This document shows, piece by piece, positions 44,951 to 53,331 of a stretch of 64,000 bases of DNA. The DNA is from a virus: the IMG/VR virus record IMGVR_UViG_3300037309_000121. One strand, 5' to 3'. The number at the start of each line of letters is the position of its first letter. Position 1 is the first letter of the stretch. The notes under the pieces are model-generated. The model made no database searches. It was not told the DNA's origin and was given only the letters and a program-made list of their open reading frames with translations. The position numbers and the translations under genes were made by a program.

Positions 44951-45627
44951 TCATCAACATCCGAGGCACGTCCGGCTCCGGGAAGACAACGCTTGTGCGC
45001 AAGGTCTTCGACCATCTGCAGGCTGGGAACCACACGAAGACTGAGTGGCACCTCGACGAGCAGGACTGGAGCCACCCCCTGCTCGCTGGGCTCCGACCAG
45101 AGCGCGAGCGCAAGCGCCCGTGGGGGTACGTCCTCGAGAACCGCGAGAGAAGGGCGAACGTCGTCGTGCTCGGCTCCTACGAGAGCGAGTGTGGAGGCTG
45201 CGACTCCATCTCGGGCCTCGACCTCATGTACGGCCTGGCGAGGCTCGCGCACGAGCGGCGATACCACGTCATCTTCGAGGGCCTCATCATCAACTCCGAC
45301 TTCAAGCGAGCGGCCCAGCTCGCGACGGACCAGATCCCGCACCTGCTCATCTACCTGAGTACCCCGCTGGAGCAGTGCATCCAGTCGGTCGAGCACCGGA
45401 GGAACCAGTCCAAGCGGGCCGAAAAGTTCCGCGCCGCTGGCGGGGAAATGCCTGCATTCAACCCGGCGAACACGCGGGCGAAGTACGACCTCAACCTCAA
45501 GATGATCGATCGCATGCGTGCGGCAGGAGTGAGCTGCCTGAGCCTCGCTCGCGACGAGGCGTTCCTCGAGATCTCGAAGCTCCTCGCCGAGCCCTGGACG
45601 GAGAAGTCGGGAAAGGTTCCGCAGTGA
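44947..45627 (+). CDS. P-loop nucleotide kinase associated with 5-hmdU modification
   Basis: INIRGTSGSGKTT; LGSYESECGGCDSI; VIFEG. Confidence 0.8.
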   Translation: MIINIRGTSGSGKTTLVRKVFDHLQAGNHTKTEWHLDEQDWSHPLLAGLRPERERKRPWGYVLENRERRANVVVLGSYESECGGCDSISGLDLMYGLARLAHERRYHVIFEGLIINSDFKRAAQLATDQIPHLLIYLSTPLEQCIQSVEHRRNQSKRAEKFRAAGGEMPAFNPANTRAKYDLNLKMIDRMRAAGVSCLSLARDEAFLEISKLLAEPWTEKSGKVPQ

Positions 45628-46502
45628 ACAGAGACAACGTCAACCTCTTCTTCGCAATCGCTCGGGAGCGGTACGCAATCAAGCTCCGCCGGGAGAAGAT
45701 GCCGCACAGCCCCGAGCAGTGGAGCGAAGATCCCATCTTCCGGCAGTGGAGATTCTGCAACGTCTTCCGCGAAGACGACAAGACCACCGCGTGGTTCCGC
45801 CGCAACATACGCGGCCCGCTCTCGCTTCGCGGACCAGATGTCCTGCTCGCAACGACACTGTTCAGATGGTTCAACCGCATCGAGACAGCCGACAAGATCG
45901 TCGAGTTCATGACTGTCGAGGGCTACAGCGAAGACGGGATCCGGAAGGTGCTGGAGGGGCACAAGCCGCTCGTCACCGGATCTTACGTCATCAAGACTCC
46001 GGACGGCCTCAGCAAGCTCGAGGGCATCCTCTCCTGCATGCGCCCCATCGTCAGGGACGCCGTGCAACTGGCCACGCACGTCGAGCCAGACACGACTCTC
46101 GAGGGGATGTGGACAGTCCTCCGGATGTACCCCTACCTCGGCTCCTTCATGGCCTACGAGGTCGTGAGCGACCTCCGCCACACCTGCTTGCTTCAGAACG
46201 CGCCAGACATCATGACCTGGGCGGCAGCGGGGCCGGGCTGCGCGCGCGGGCTGGGCTGGGTCGTCGCTGGAGATCCCGAAGCGTACAACTACAACTCCGC
46301 CAAGGGTCAGGCCAGGATGCTGTCCTGCATGCGAGAACTTCTGAGCATGAGCCAGAGCAGCGAGTACTGGCCCGAATCTTGGCCGAGGTGGGAGATGCGG
46401 GAGGTCGAGCACTGGCTCTGCGAGACGTGGAAGTACGTGCGGTGTCGAGATCACGGGCAGCCGCCCAGGGGGAGGTTCCGGTGCACCACCCCAGCAACCT
46501 GA
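45624..46502 (+). CDS. 5-hydroxymethyluracil DNA kinase helical domain (aGPT-Pplase1 family)
   Basis: ARERYAI...WSEDPIFRQWRFCNVFREDDKTT, FRWFNR, FMAYEVVSDL, GPGCARGL, REVEHWLCE. Confidence 0.88.
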   Translation: MNRDNVNLFFAIARERYAIKLRREKMPHSPEQWSEDPIFRQWRFCNVFREDDKTTAWFRRNIRGPLSLRGPDVLLATTLFRWFNRIETADKIVEFMTVEGYSEDGIRKVLEGHKPLVTGSYVIKTPDGLSKLEGILSCMRPIVRDAVQLATHVEPDTTLEGMWTVLRMYPYLGSFMAYEVVSDLRHTCLLQNAPDIMTWAAAGPGCARGLGWVVAGDPEAYNYNSAKGQARMLSCMRELLSMSQSSEYWPESWPRWEMREVEHWLCETWKYVRCRDHGQPPRGRFRCTTPAT

Positions 46503-46963
46503 GCAAGGCCGAGCTCGACGCGGCCTTCGACAACTCCGACTCCCGGCTGACCATCGCCGTCGACTTCGACGGAACGATCGTCGACCACCGCTACCCGGAC
46601 ATCGGAGCGCCCGCCTGCGGCGCGTTCGACTGGCTCCGCGAGCTGAAGCGGCGGGGCGTCAAGCTCATCCTCTGGACCATGCGGTCGGATTCGTCGAAGG
46701 ACGGTCCCACCCTGACGGACGCGGTCGAGTTCTGTCGGAGGCACGGCGTCGAGTTCGACCACGTCAACGAGAACCCGGGTCAGCGCACGTGGACCACGTC
46801 CCCGAAGTGCTACGCCCACATGTACATCGACGATGCCGCGGTGGGAGTGCCCCTCCGCGACTCGCCCCGAGCCGGTGGGCGACCAGTCGTCGACTGGCAC
46901 CGGCTCGGACCCATGATCCTCGAGCGGGTGCACGCTCACAACGACCGGAGGAAGAAGCCGTGA
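46481..46963 (+). CDS. HAD-superfamily hydrolase (BT0820-like)
   Basis: IAVDFDGTIV, ILWTMRS, FDHVNEN, KCYAHMYIDD. Confidence 0.85.
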   Translation: MHHPSNLSKAELDAAFDNSDSRLTIAVDFDGTIVDHRYPDIGAPACGAFDWLRELKRRGVKLILWTMRSDSSKDGPTLTDAVEFCRRHGVEFDHVNENPGQRTWTTSPKCYAHMYIDDAAVGVPLRDSPRAGGRPVVDWHRLGPMILERVHAHNDRRKKP

Positions 46964-47006
46964 ACGAATCCTGGTTCGAGCACCGGAAGTCTCGGAGCCG
47001 CTGAGC

Positions 47007-47387
47007 GTGCCGCAGCGCCCGCCAGCGTACCTGCCGCCCGTCACCGACGACAAGGTCGTCGCGAGGTTCACCTCGCGCCTGTCCATGCCGGGGAACGACG
47101 CCTGCTGGTTCTGGTGGGGGCACGTCTCGGAGAAGGGCTACGGGCAGTTCTGGATGAGTGGCCGCGCCCACTGGGCGCACCGAGTTGCTTATGCGATCTG
47201 GGTCGGGGAGATCCCTGCGGGCATGACCCCCGACCACACGTGCGGGCGAGCTTCGTGCGTCAATCCGCACCACCTCACGCTTGTCACAATCTCCGAGAAC
47301 TCGAGCAATCGCTGGAAGAGGCAACGCGAGGGTTGCCCTAGCAGGGACGAGAGCTATACTCCCGAACAAGGAAACTCAACATGCTGA
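47007..47387 (+). CDS. HNH endonuclease
   Basis: CWFWWG, GYGQF, AHRVAY, PDHTCGRASCVNPHHL. Confidence 0.88.
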   Translation: MPQRPPAYLPPVTDDKVVARFTSRLSMPGNDACWFWWGHVSEKGYGQFWMSGRAHWAHRVAYAIWVGEIPAGMTPDHTCGRASCVNPHHLTLVTISENSSNRWKRQREGCPSRDESYTPEQGNSTC

Positions 47388-48418
47388 CGATCAAGGCCCG
47401 CAACGTACACCAGGCACTCCCAGAGATGATGCACCAGCTCCGCGCCAACGGAGTGCGCAGGGAGAGCCGCAACGGCTCGGTTCTGGTCTTTCCCTACCCT
47501 GTCGTGGTCGAGTACGCTCGACCCCAGGAGAGGGTCATGTACTGGCGCGAGCGGGACTGCAACCCGTTCTTCCACTTCTTCGAGGCGCTCTGGATGCTGG
47601 GGGGCCGCCGAGACGTAGCCTTCCCCTCGCGGTTCAACAGCACCTTCGGGCAGTTCAGCGACGACGGCGTCGTCTTCAACGGAGCCTACGGGTACCGGTG
47701 GCACGACCACTTCGGCCACAACCAGCTCGAGATCGTCGCCCAGCGGCTGAGGGCGAATCCCGACGACCGGCGAGTCGTCCTCGGGATGTGGGATCCTCGG
47801 GAGGATCTCGGCTCTTCCAGCAAGGACGTGCCGTGCAACCTAAGTGCCTGCTTCCAGCGGGGCGCTGACGGCGAGCTGAACATGACGGTCTACAACCGCT
47901 CCAACGACATCGTCTGGGGCGCGCTCGGGGCGAACGCGGTGCACTTCAGCGTGCTCCAGGAGTTCCTGGCGCTCGCCATCGGGTGCCCCGTCGGACGGTA
48001 CTGGCAGATCTCCTGCAACATGCACGGATACCTGAAGACGATCGAACCTCTCCTGTCGCTGTCGGACAAGTCCTTCCCCTCGAGGTATGCGCAACTCACG
48101 GACCCCTACGAGCAGGGCGACGTCCAGCCGCTCGAGATGTTCCCCTCCGGCACTGGAGGAGACTTCGTCAGCGACCTCGCGATGTTCCTCGACGAGGGCG
48201 AGCGGGCGATGGGGTACAAGACGAAGTTCATGCGCCGCGTCGCGATGCCGATGCTGCGGTCGTGGCTCGCGTTCAAGGACAGCAGCAACCCTACTAGGTT
48301 CGAGGAGGCGATGCGCATCGTGAACGACTGCCAGGCTACAGACTGGAGGCTCGCCTGCGGCCAGTGGCTCTCCGTCCGTCAGCAGAAGGCAGCTGCGAAA
48401 GCAGTCCAAGAGGAGTGA
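47381..48418 (+). CDS. Thymidylate synthase homologue, probable dUMP hydroxymethylase
   Basis: NPFFHFFEALWML, DVPCN catalytic Cys, RSND..WGA.GAN with Asn at the dUMP-specificity position; context of hmdU-modifying genes. Confidence 0.88.
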   Translation: MLTIKARNVHQALPEMMHQLRANGVRRESRNGSVLVFPYPVVVEYARPQERVMYWRERDCNPFFHFFEALWMLGGRRDVAFPSRFNSTFGQFSDDGVVFNGAYGYRWHDHFGHNQLEIVAQRLRANPDDRRVVLGMWDPREDLGSSSKDVPCNLSACFQRGADGELNMTVYNRSNDIVWGALGANAVHFSVLQEFLALAIGCPVGRYWQISCNMHGYLKTIEPLLSLSDKSFPSRYAQLTDPYEQGDVQPLEMFPSGTGGDFVSDLAMFLDEGERAMGYKTKFMRRVAMPMLRSWLAFKDSSNPTRFEEAMRIVNDCQATDWRLACGQWLSVRQQKAAAKAVQEE

Positions 48419-48420
48419 GC

Positions 48421-48888
48421 ATGTCCCAGAACATCTACCTGATCTGTCCCGTCCGCCGCTGCACTCCGGAGGTGAGAGCGGTCATGGACGCCTACGTCGC
48501 TGGCCTGGAGGCCAGGGGACACAAGGTGCACTACCCTCCTCGCGACGTCGACCAGAGCAACGACGACGGCGGAGTTAGGATCTGCCAGGAGCACCTGCAC
48601 GCCATGCTCGCTTGCGACGCGGTGCACGTGTGGTGGGATCCCGCGAGCACCGGCTCGCACTTCGATCTCGGGATGGCCTACGCGATGCATGCTATCCGAC
48701 TCGTGCTACACCTGAAACTGGGCGTGAGCGGGTTGAAGGAACTCGACCAGAAGCACGGCATCGACGTGGGACCTATCCCGCAATTCTTCATCGCCAACCA
48801 CGACCAGGTCAAGACCGATCCGGAGAAGTCATTCACAAATGTTTTGCTGAGCATGGCGGAAATGCCGAGGGTAGTGACCCATGACTGA
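48421..48888 (+). CDS. Nucleoside 2-deoxyribosyltransferase-like protein
   Basis: IYLICPVR, VHYPPRD, AMLACDAVHVWWD, STGSHFDLGMAYA. Confidence 0.7.
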   Translation: MSQNIYLICPVRRCTPEVRAVMDAYVAGLEARGHKVHYPPRDVDQSNDDGGVRICQEHLHAMLACDAVHVWWDPASTGSHFDLGMAYAMHAIRLVLHLKLGVSGLKELDQKHGIDVGPIPQFFIANHDQVKTDPEKSFTNVLLSMAEMPRVVTHD

Positions 48889-49276
48889 ACCCGTACCAAT
48901 CGTCGCCACACCAAGTGGGGAGATCATCACTCCCGAAGAGTCCTTGGCGAGGGACAGCGGCGAGGGATTCCTCGCCCAGCTCGACGCAATTGCCCAGGAG
49001 GACGCGGCGGGGTTGAAGAAGGCGTACGAGTCCTACGGCCCGAGCTGGAAGACGAGAGGCGGCGTTGGGGCCTACATGATGGCGTGCCGCAAGTTCGATC
49101 GGCTAGAGAATCGCGTGAAGAGGCTGGGCTGGGACGTGTTCCGCGCAATCGCGGAGGACGATCGTGGCGAGGGCTGCATCGACGACGTGCGAGATCTGAG
49201 GCGATACCTCATGCTGATCGAGGCGGAGATGCGGGCGCGGGGGTTCCGGAGGACGCATAGGGACAACAAGACATGA
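48881..49276 (+). CDS. Nucleotide-modification-associated helical protein (MazG-like fold candidate)
   Basis: [25 protein letters not shown]...[15 protein letters not shown]. Confidence 0.6.
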   Translation: MTEPVPIVATPSGEIITPEESLARDSGEGFLAQLDAIAQEDAAGLKKAYESYGPSWKTRGGVGAYMMACRKFDRLENRVKRLGWDVFRAIAEDDRGEGCIDDVRDLRRYLMLIEAEMRARGFRRTHRDNKT

Positions 49277-49395
49277 GAGTTTCTCTGATATTCGCCTGGT
49301 ACGACCTGTGGGTGGGTTTTTTCTGGGACAGGAAGAAGAGGTGGCTCTATTTCTTTCCAATTCCCATGCTTGGTGTCATCCTCAAGTTCTCATAG
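49273..49395 (+). CDS. 40-aa aromatic-rich peptide (below ORF-track threshold)
   Basis: ATGA coupled; [40 protein letters not shown]. Confidence 0.55.
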   Translation: MRVSLIFAWYDLWVGFFWDRKKRWLYFFPIPMLGVILKFS

Positions 49396-49398
49396 AAC

Positions 49399-51312
49399 AT
49401 GCAGCTCCCGATGTTCCGCCCATCCTGCTCGTGGGAGCTGACTCCCGTCTCGCAGCTGCCCTCCTGGGCGAATGCCGAACGGGTGTGCGTCGACCTCGAG
49501 ACCCGCGACCCCCAGCTGAAGAAGCTGGGGCCGGGCGTCCGCCGCGACGGCAAGGTCGCTGGCATCGCCTTCACCATCGAGGACGGGCCGAGCCACTACC
49601 TCCCGATCGGTCACAGCGAGGACAACCTCGACCCGGCGCACGTCTGGGCCTACATCCGCGACCAGTTCCGCGCCTTCCGGGGGTGGGTCGTCGGCTCCAA
49701 CTTCCAGTACGACCTGGACTACCTCTGGCAGAACGACGTGGAGATGCCCAACATCAAGGGCATCCGCGACATCCAGGTCGCCGAGCCGCTCATCGACGAG
49801 CTCCAGGACGAGTACAACACCGACGCCATCGCGGCCCGGTACGGCCTGCCCGGCAAGAACGAGACGATCCTGCGCGACGCGGCTACGGCCTTCGGGGTCG
49901 ACGCGAAGAAGGGGCTGTACCTCCTCCCTGGCCGATACGCGGTTGAGTACGCGATGCAGGACACGCGGGTGCCGCTCCAGGTGCTCCGCCGCCAGGAGCG
50001 CCGGATCGAGGAGGCGGGCCTCTGGAAGATCTTCGACCTGGAGACGAAGCTCCTCCCCGTGCTCGTCAAGATGCGACGCCGCGGCGTGCGAGTCGACTTC
50101 CACAAGCTCACAGAGGTCGAGAAGTGGACAATCGAGCAGCAGCACACCGCGCTGCTGAAGGTGAAGCACGAGACCGGGATCGCGCTCGCCCTGACGGATG
50201 TGACAAAGCCGCAGGCGCTCGCGAAGGTTCTCACCCACATCGGGGTCGAGTGCCCCACCACGCCGAAGACCGGCCAGCCCAGCGTGTCGAAGGAGCTCCT
50301 CGCGTCCATCAAACACCCGGTCGGAGCCCTGCTCCTCCGGGCCAGGAAGATGGACAAGCTCCGCAACACGTTCGTCTCCTCCGTCCGCGAGCACGCGGTC
50401 AACGGTCGCATCCACACGACCTTCAACCAGCTCCGCAAGAGCTCGGACGACGAGGACGAGGACGACACCGGCGCTCGGTACGGTCGCCTGAGCTCGACCG
50501 ATCCGAATCTCCAGCAGCAGCCCGCCCGCGACCCGGAGATCGGGCCGCTCTGGCGGACGATCTACGTCCCCGACGATGGCATGCTCTGGGCCGCGATGGA
50601 CTACTCCCAGCAGGAGCCGCGGCACGTAGTTCACTTCGCGGAGCGATGCAAGCTGCCCGTGGCCGACGTCATGGGCCACAAGTTCCGCACGGATCCGAAG
50701 ACCGACAACCACACCGAGATGGCCCGCATCATCGCGGGCGCGGGCGACGACTGGAAGCCGGACAAGATCATCCGCAGCCACGCGAAGGAGGTTTTCCTCG
50801 GGCTGTGCTACGGCATGGGCGGAGCGAAGCTCTGCCGCAAGCTCGGCAAGCCGACCGAGTGGGTCATGTCGCCGAAACTTGGCAAGATGATCGAGGTCGC
50901 CGGTCCCGAGGGGAAGGCCATCCTCGAGGAGTTCGATCGCAAAGTGCCCTACGTGCGGATGCTCGCGCGGCTCTGCGAGGACAAGGCGAAGAAGGATGGT
51001 GTGATCAAGACGCTTCTCGGTCGCCACTGCCACTTCCCGAGGAAGGACGACGGCACCTACGACTGGACCCACAAGGCGCTGAACCGCCTGATCCAGGGCA
51101 GCTCCGCCGACCAGACCAAGCTCGCCGTGGTCATGCTGGACGAGGCGGGCTGGACCCCGCAGCTCCAGATCCACGACGAGATCGACGACAGCGTGGCCAC
51201 CCCGGAGGACGCGGAAAAGCGGGCCGACGTCATGCGGCACTGCATCGAGCTGACGGTCCCCAGCAAGGTCGACGTCGAGATCGGCGACTCCTGGGGCGGG
51301 AGCATGAAATGA
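49399..51312 (+). CDS. polA: Family A DNA polymerase with 3'-5' exonuclease
   Basis: VDLETRD, NFQYDL, RLSSTDPNLQQQP, DYSQQEPR, KEVFLGLCYG, IQGSSADQTK, QIHDEI. Confidence 0.95.
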   Translation: MQLPMFRPSCSWELTPVSQLPSWANAERVCVDLETRDPQLKKLGPGVRRDGKVAGIAFTIEDGPSHYLPIGHSEDNLDPAHVWAYIRDQFRAFRGWVVGSNFQYDLDYLWQNDVEMPNIKGIRDIQVAEPLIDELQDEYNTDAIAARYGLPGKNETILRDAATAFGVDAKKGLYLLPGRYAVEYAMQDTRVPLQVLRRQERRIEEAGLWKIFDLETKLLPVLVKMRRRGVRVDFHKLTEVEKWTIEQQHTALLKVKHETGIALALTDVTKPQALAKVLTHIGVECPTTPKTGQPSVSKELLASIKHPVGALLLRARKMDKLRNTFVSSVREHAVNGRIHTTFNQLRKSSDDEDEDDTGARYGRLSSTDPNLQQQPARDPEIGPLWRTIYVPDDGMLWAAMDYSQQEPRHVVHFAERCKLPVADVMGHKFRTDPKTDNHTEMARIIAGAGDDWKPDKIIRSHAKEVFLGLCYGMGGAKLCRKLGKPTEWVMSPKLGKMIEVAGPEGKAILEEFDRKVPYVRMLARLCEDKAKKDGVIKTLLGRHCHFPRKDDGTYDWTHKALNRLIQGSSADQTKLAVVMLDEAGWTPQLQIHDEIDDSVATPEDAEKRADVMRHCIELTVPSKVDVEIGDSWGGSMK

Positions 51313-51809
51313 AGTTCAAGGCAGTCACCAAGGTGAAGAGGCGATATCCCAGGAGCACCCCTGGGCTGATTGCCCAGGGAGAGTTCCGCGTCAGGGGAGG
51401 CGGCTCCCTCCGGGCCAAGGTGCTCGTGTTCGAGCGGCCGCAAGATCTGCAGCGGTTCTTCGCGGAGGATCTTGGTCGCCCCGTCGGGCGGAAGTGCCTC
51501 GGCGCGGTAAGCTCGATGTCAACGTCGTTCTACGACGTGCAGCCGGGACGGGAAGTCAAGGAGCGCGTCGAGTTCGACCGCCGGTACTTCTGCCTGATCG
51601 GCCTTACCCGCAAGAACGTGACGATGCGTGTTCTGAGCCACGAGGCGGTTCACGCCGGGTTCTGCCACGCGAAGCGAGCTCGGAAGACAGACTGGGACAG
51701 GGAGGCACTTGGCTTCGACGAGGAGGCTGTCGCATATCCTGCCGGTGAGGTGGCGCGCGAGCTCGTTGTCTTCCTGGAGCGGCAGGGTATACTCGAGAAG
51801 CAGCCATGA
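51309..51809 (+). CDS. Hypothetical protein with HExxH motif
   Basis: ATGA coupled; VLSHEAVHAG...EEAVAY. Confidence 0.55.
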   Translation: MKFKAVTKVKRRYPRSTPGLIAQGEFRVRGGGSLRAKVLVFERPQDLQRFFAEDLGRPVGRKCLGAVSSMSTSFYDVQPGREVKERVEFDRRYFCLIGLTRKNVTMRVLSHEAVHAGFCHAKRARKTDWDREALGFDEEAVAYPAGEVARELVVFLERQGILEKQP

Positions 51810-52120
51810 ACGAGAACGCCCCCGAGTTCTACAGCGAGCGCCGCGTCAAGACGCGGAAGCCGCACCGCTGCTACGAGACTCGTCGAGAGATCCCGAAGGG
51901 AGCTCAGGCAGTTATCGTGACAGGCAAGTGGGACGGGAAGGTCAGCTCGATGTACTTTCTCCCAGAGGCGATGGAGCTCTGGAAGCAGGTCGACTCCCAG
52001 TACCGCAAGATGGACGAGGAGCTATGCTTCGGAGGGCTGCACGAGCACTTCGTCCAGCAGAAGCACTACAACCCCGACGACCCGCTCGTCGCCAAGTGGG
52101 AGGAGCTATGTCAGAAGTGA
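51806..52120 (+). CDS. Hypothetical protein
   Basis: ATGA coupled; KTRKPHRCYE. Confidence 0.6.
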   Translation: MNENAPEFYSERRVKTRKPHRCYETRREIPKGAQAVIVTGKWDGKVSSMYFLPEAMELWKQVDSQYRKMDEELCFGGLHEHFVQQKHYNPDDPLVAKWEELCQK

Positions 52121-52602
52121 AGTGGGACCAGCGGTTCCTCCAGATGGCGGTACTCGTCGCTGGCTGGAGCAAGGATCCGAGCACCAAGTGCGGCGCGGTC
52201 ATCGTCGCTCCCGACCGCCGAGTCATCTCCCTCGGCTTCAATGGGTTCCCGCAGCGGATGCCGGACAGACCCGAGCTGTACGCCAACCGCGACGAGAAGT
52301 ACAGCCGAATCGTCCACTGCGAGATGAATGCCGTGCTCTTCGCCAGGGAGAATCTGCGGGGCGCAACACTCTACACCTGGCCTTTCCTGTCGTGCGACCG
52401 ATGTGCGGTTCACATGATCCAAGTGGGTATCTCGCGGTGCGTAGCTCCGCTGCCAACCGACGACCACAAGAGGTGGAGTTCGAGCTTGGCAAAGACACGA
52501 CAGTACTTCAGCGAGGCTGGAGTAGAGTTCAGCGAATATCGCGTGAACAACATCACGGGATTCTCAATCCCGGAGATCACTTCTGGATCGCAACTTGGCT
52601 GA
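52108..52602 (+). CDS. dCMP deaminase
   Basis: WSKDPSTKCGAVIV, GFNGFP, VHCEMNAVL, SCDRCA. Confidence 0.92.
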   Translation: MSEVKWDQRFLQMAVLVAGWSKDPSTKCGAVIVAPDRRVISLGFNGFPQRMPDRPELYANRDEKYSRIVHCEMNAVLFARENLRGATLYTWPFLSCDRCAVHMIQVGISRCVAPLPTDDHKRWSSSLAKTRQYFSEAGVEFSEYRVNNITGFSIPEITSGSQLG

Positions 52603-53008
52603 GAAGGCAACCAACTCCAGGATCATGAAGGCGCTCCGCAAAGCTCGCCTCGACCCCGTCAGGATCGAGAACGGCGACACCTCCCCGGGGACGCCGGACA
52701 TCAACTTCATCTGGGGCTGGGTCGAGGACAAGTTTCTGCACCACTGGCCCAGGAAGGGCAGCGTCGTGAGGGTACCTCACTTTGTGCAGGAGCAGAGGGT
52801 GTGGCTCACTCGTCGGCGAACAGCTGGCGGTGGAGCTTGGTTGTTCCTCCAAGTAGGCAGAGAGTACCTGCTGTTTGACGGTAGGATTGCTGCAGAGGTG
52901 CTGGGGTTGACGGACGAGGAGACCCTCCGTCGCGCCGCTATCAAGGTATGGACAAGCGGTCTCAACGATTCGGAGCTGATAGAATGCCTGCAAAGTACAC
53001 GACTGTGA
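52595..53008 (+). CDS. PD-(D/E)xK nuclease (VRR-NUC/resolvase-like)
   Basis: PGTPDINF...WVEDK...QEQRVWL. Confidence 0.7.
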   Translation: MAEKATNSRIMKALRKARLDPVRIENGDTSPGTPDINFIWGWVEDKFLHHWPRKGSVVRVPHFVQEQRVWLTRRRTAGGGAWLFLQVGREYLLFDGRIAAEVLGLTDEETLRRAAIKVWTSGLNDSELIECLQSTRL

Positions 53009-53331
53009 CGACGAGTTCCCTCACTGCGGGGGAACGGCTCTACATCCAGCGGCGGCGCATGGGCTGGACCGTCCAGCAGGCAGCCAAGCGAGCCAGAACT
53101 ACGGTCTCCCTCTACCGAGCTTGGGAGAAGGGTCGAACCGAGTCAGATATCCCCTCGGTTGGCCTCGGTCAGCTCACGCCGCAGGAGAAGTGCGTGATCA
53201 TGAGACGCCGCTCGGGCAAGCTCGCGGTCGAGGTCGCAGCTGAGCTCGGCTGCTGTCGCCTCTGGCTTCGCCAGATGGAGAACTGCACGGCTGACGTTGG
53301 CCGCCTCCTGGAGTACTGGCGAATTCGGTGA
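52984..53331 (+). CDS. Tandem XRE-type HTH protein
   Basis: RRRMGWTVQQAAKR...YRAWEKG and RRRSGKLAVEVAAELG...LRQMEN. Confidence 0.7.
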   Translation: MPAKYTTVTTSSLTAGERLYIQRRRMGWTVQQAAKRARTTVSLYRAWEKGRTESDIPSVGLGQLTPQEKCVIMRRRSGKLAVEVAAELGCCRLWLRQMENCTADVGRLLEYWRIR

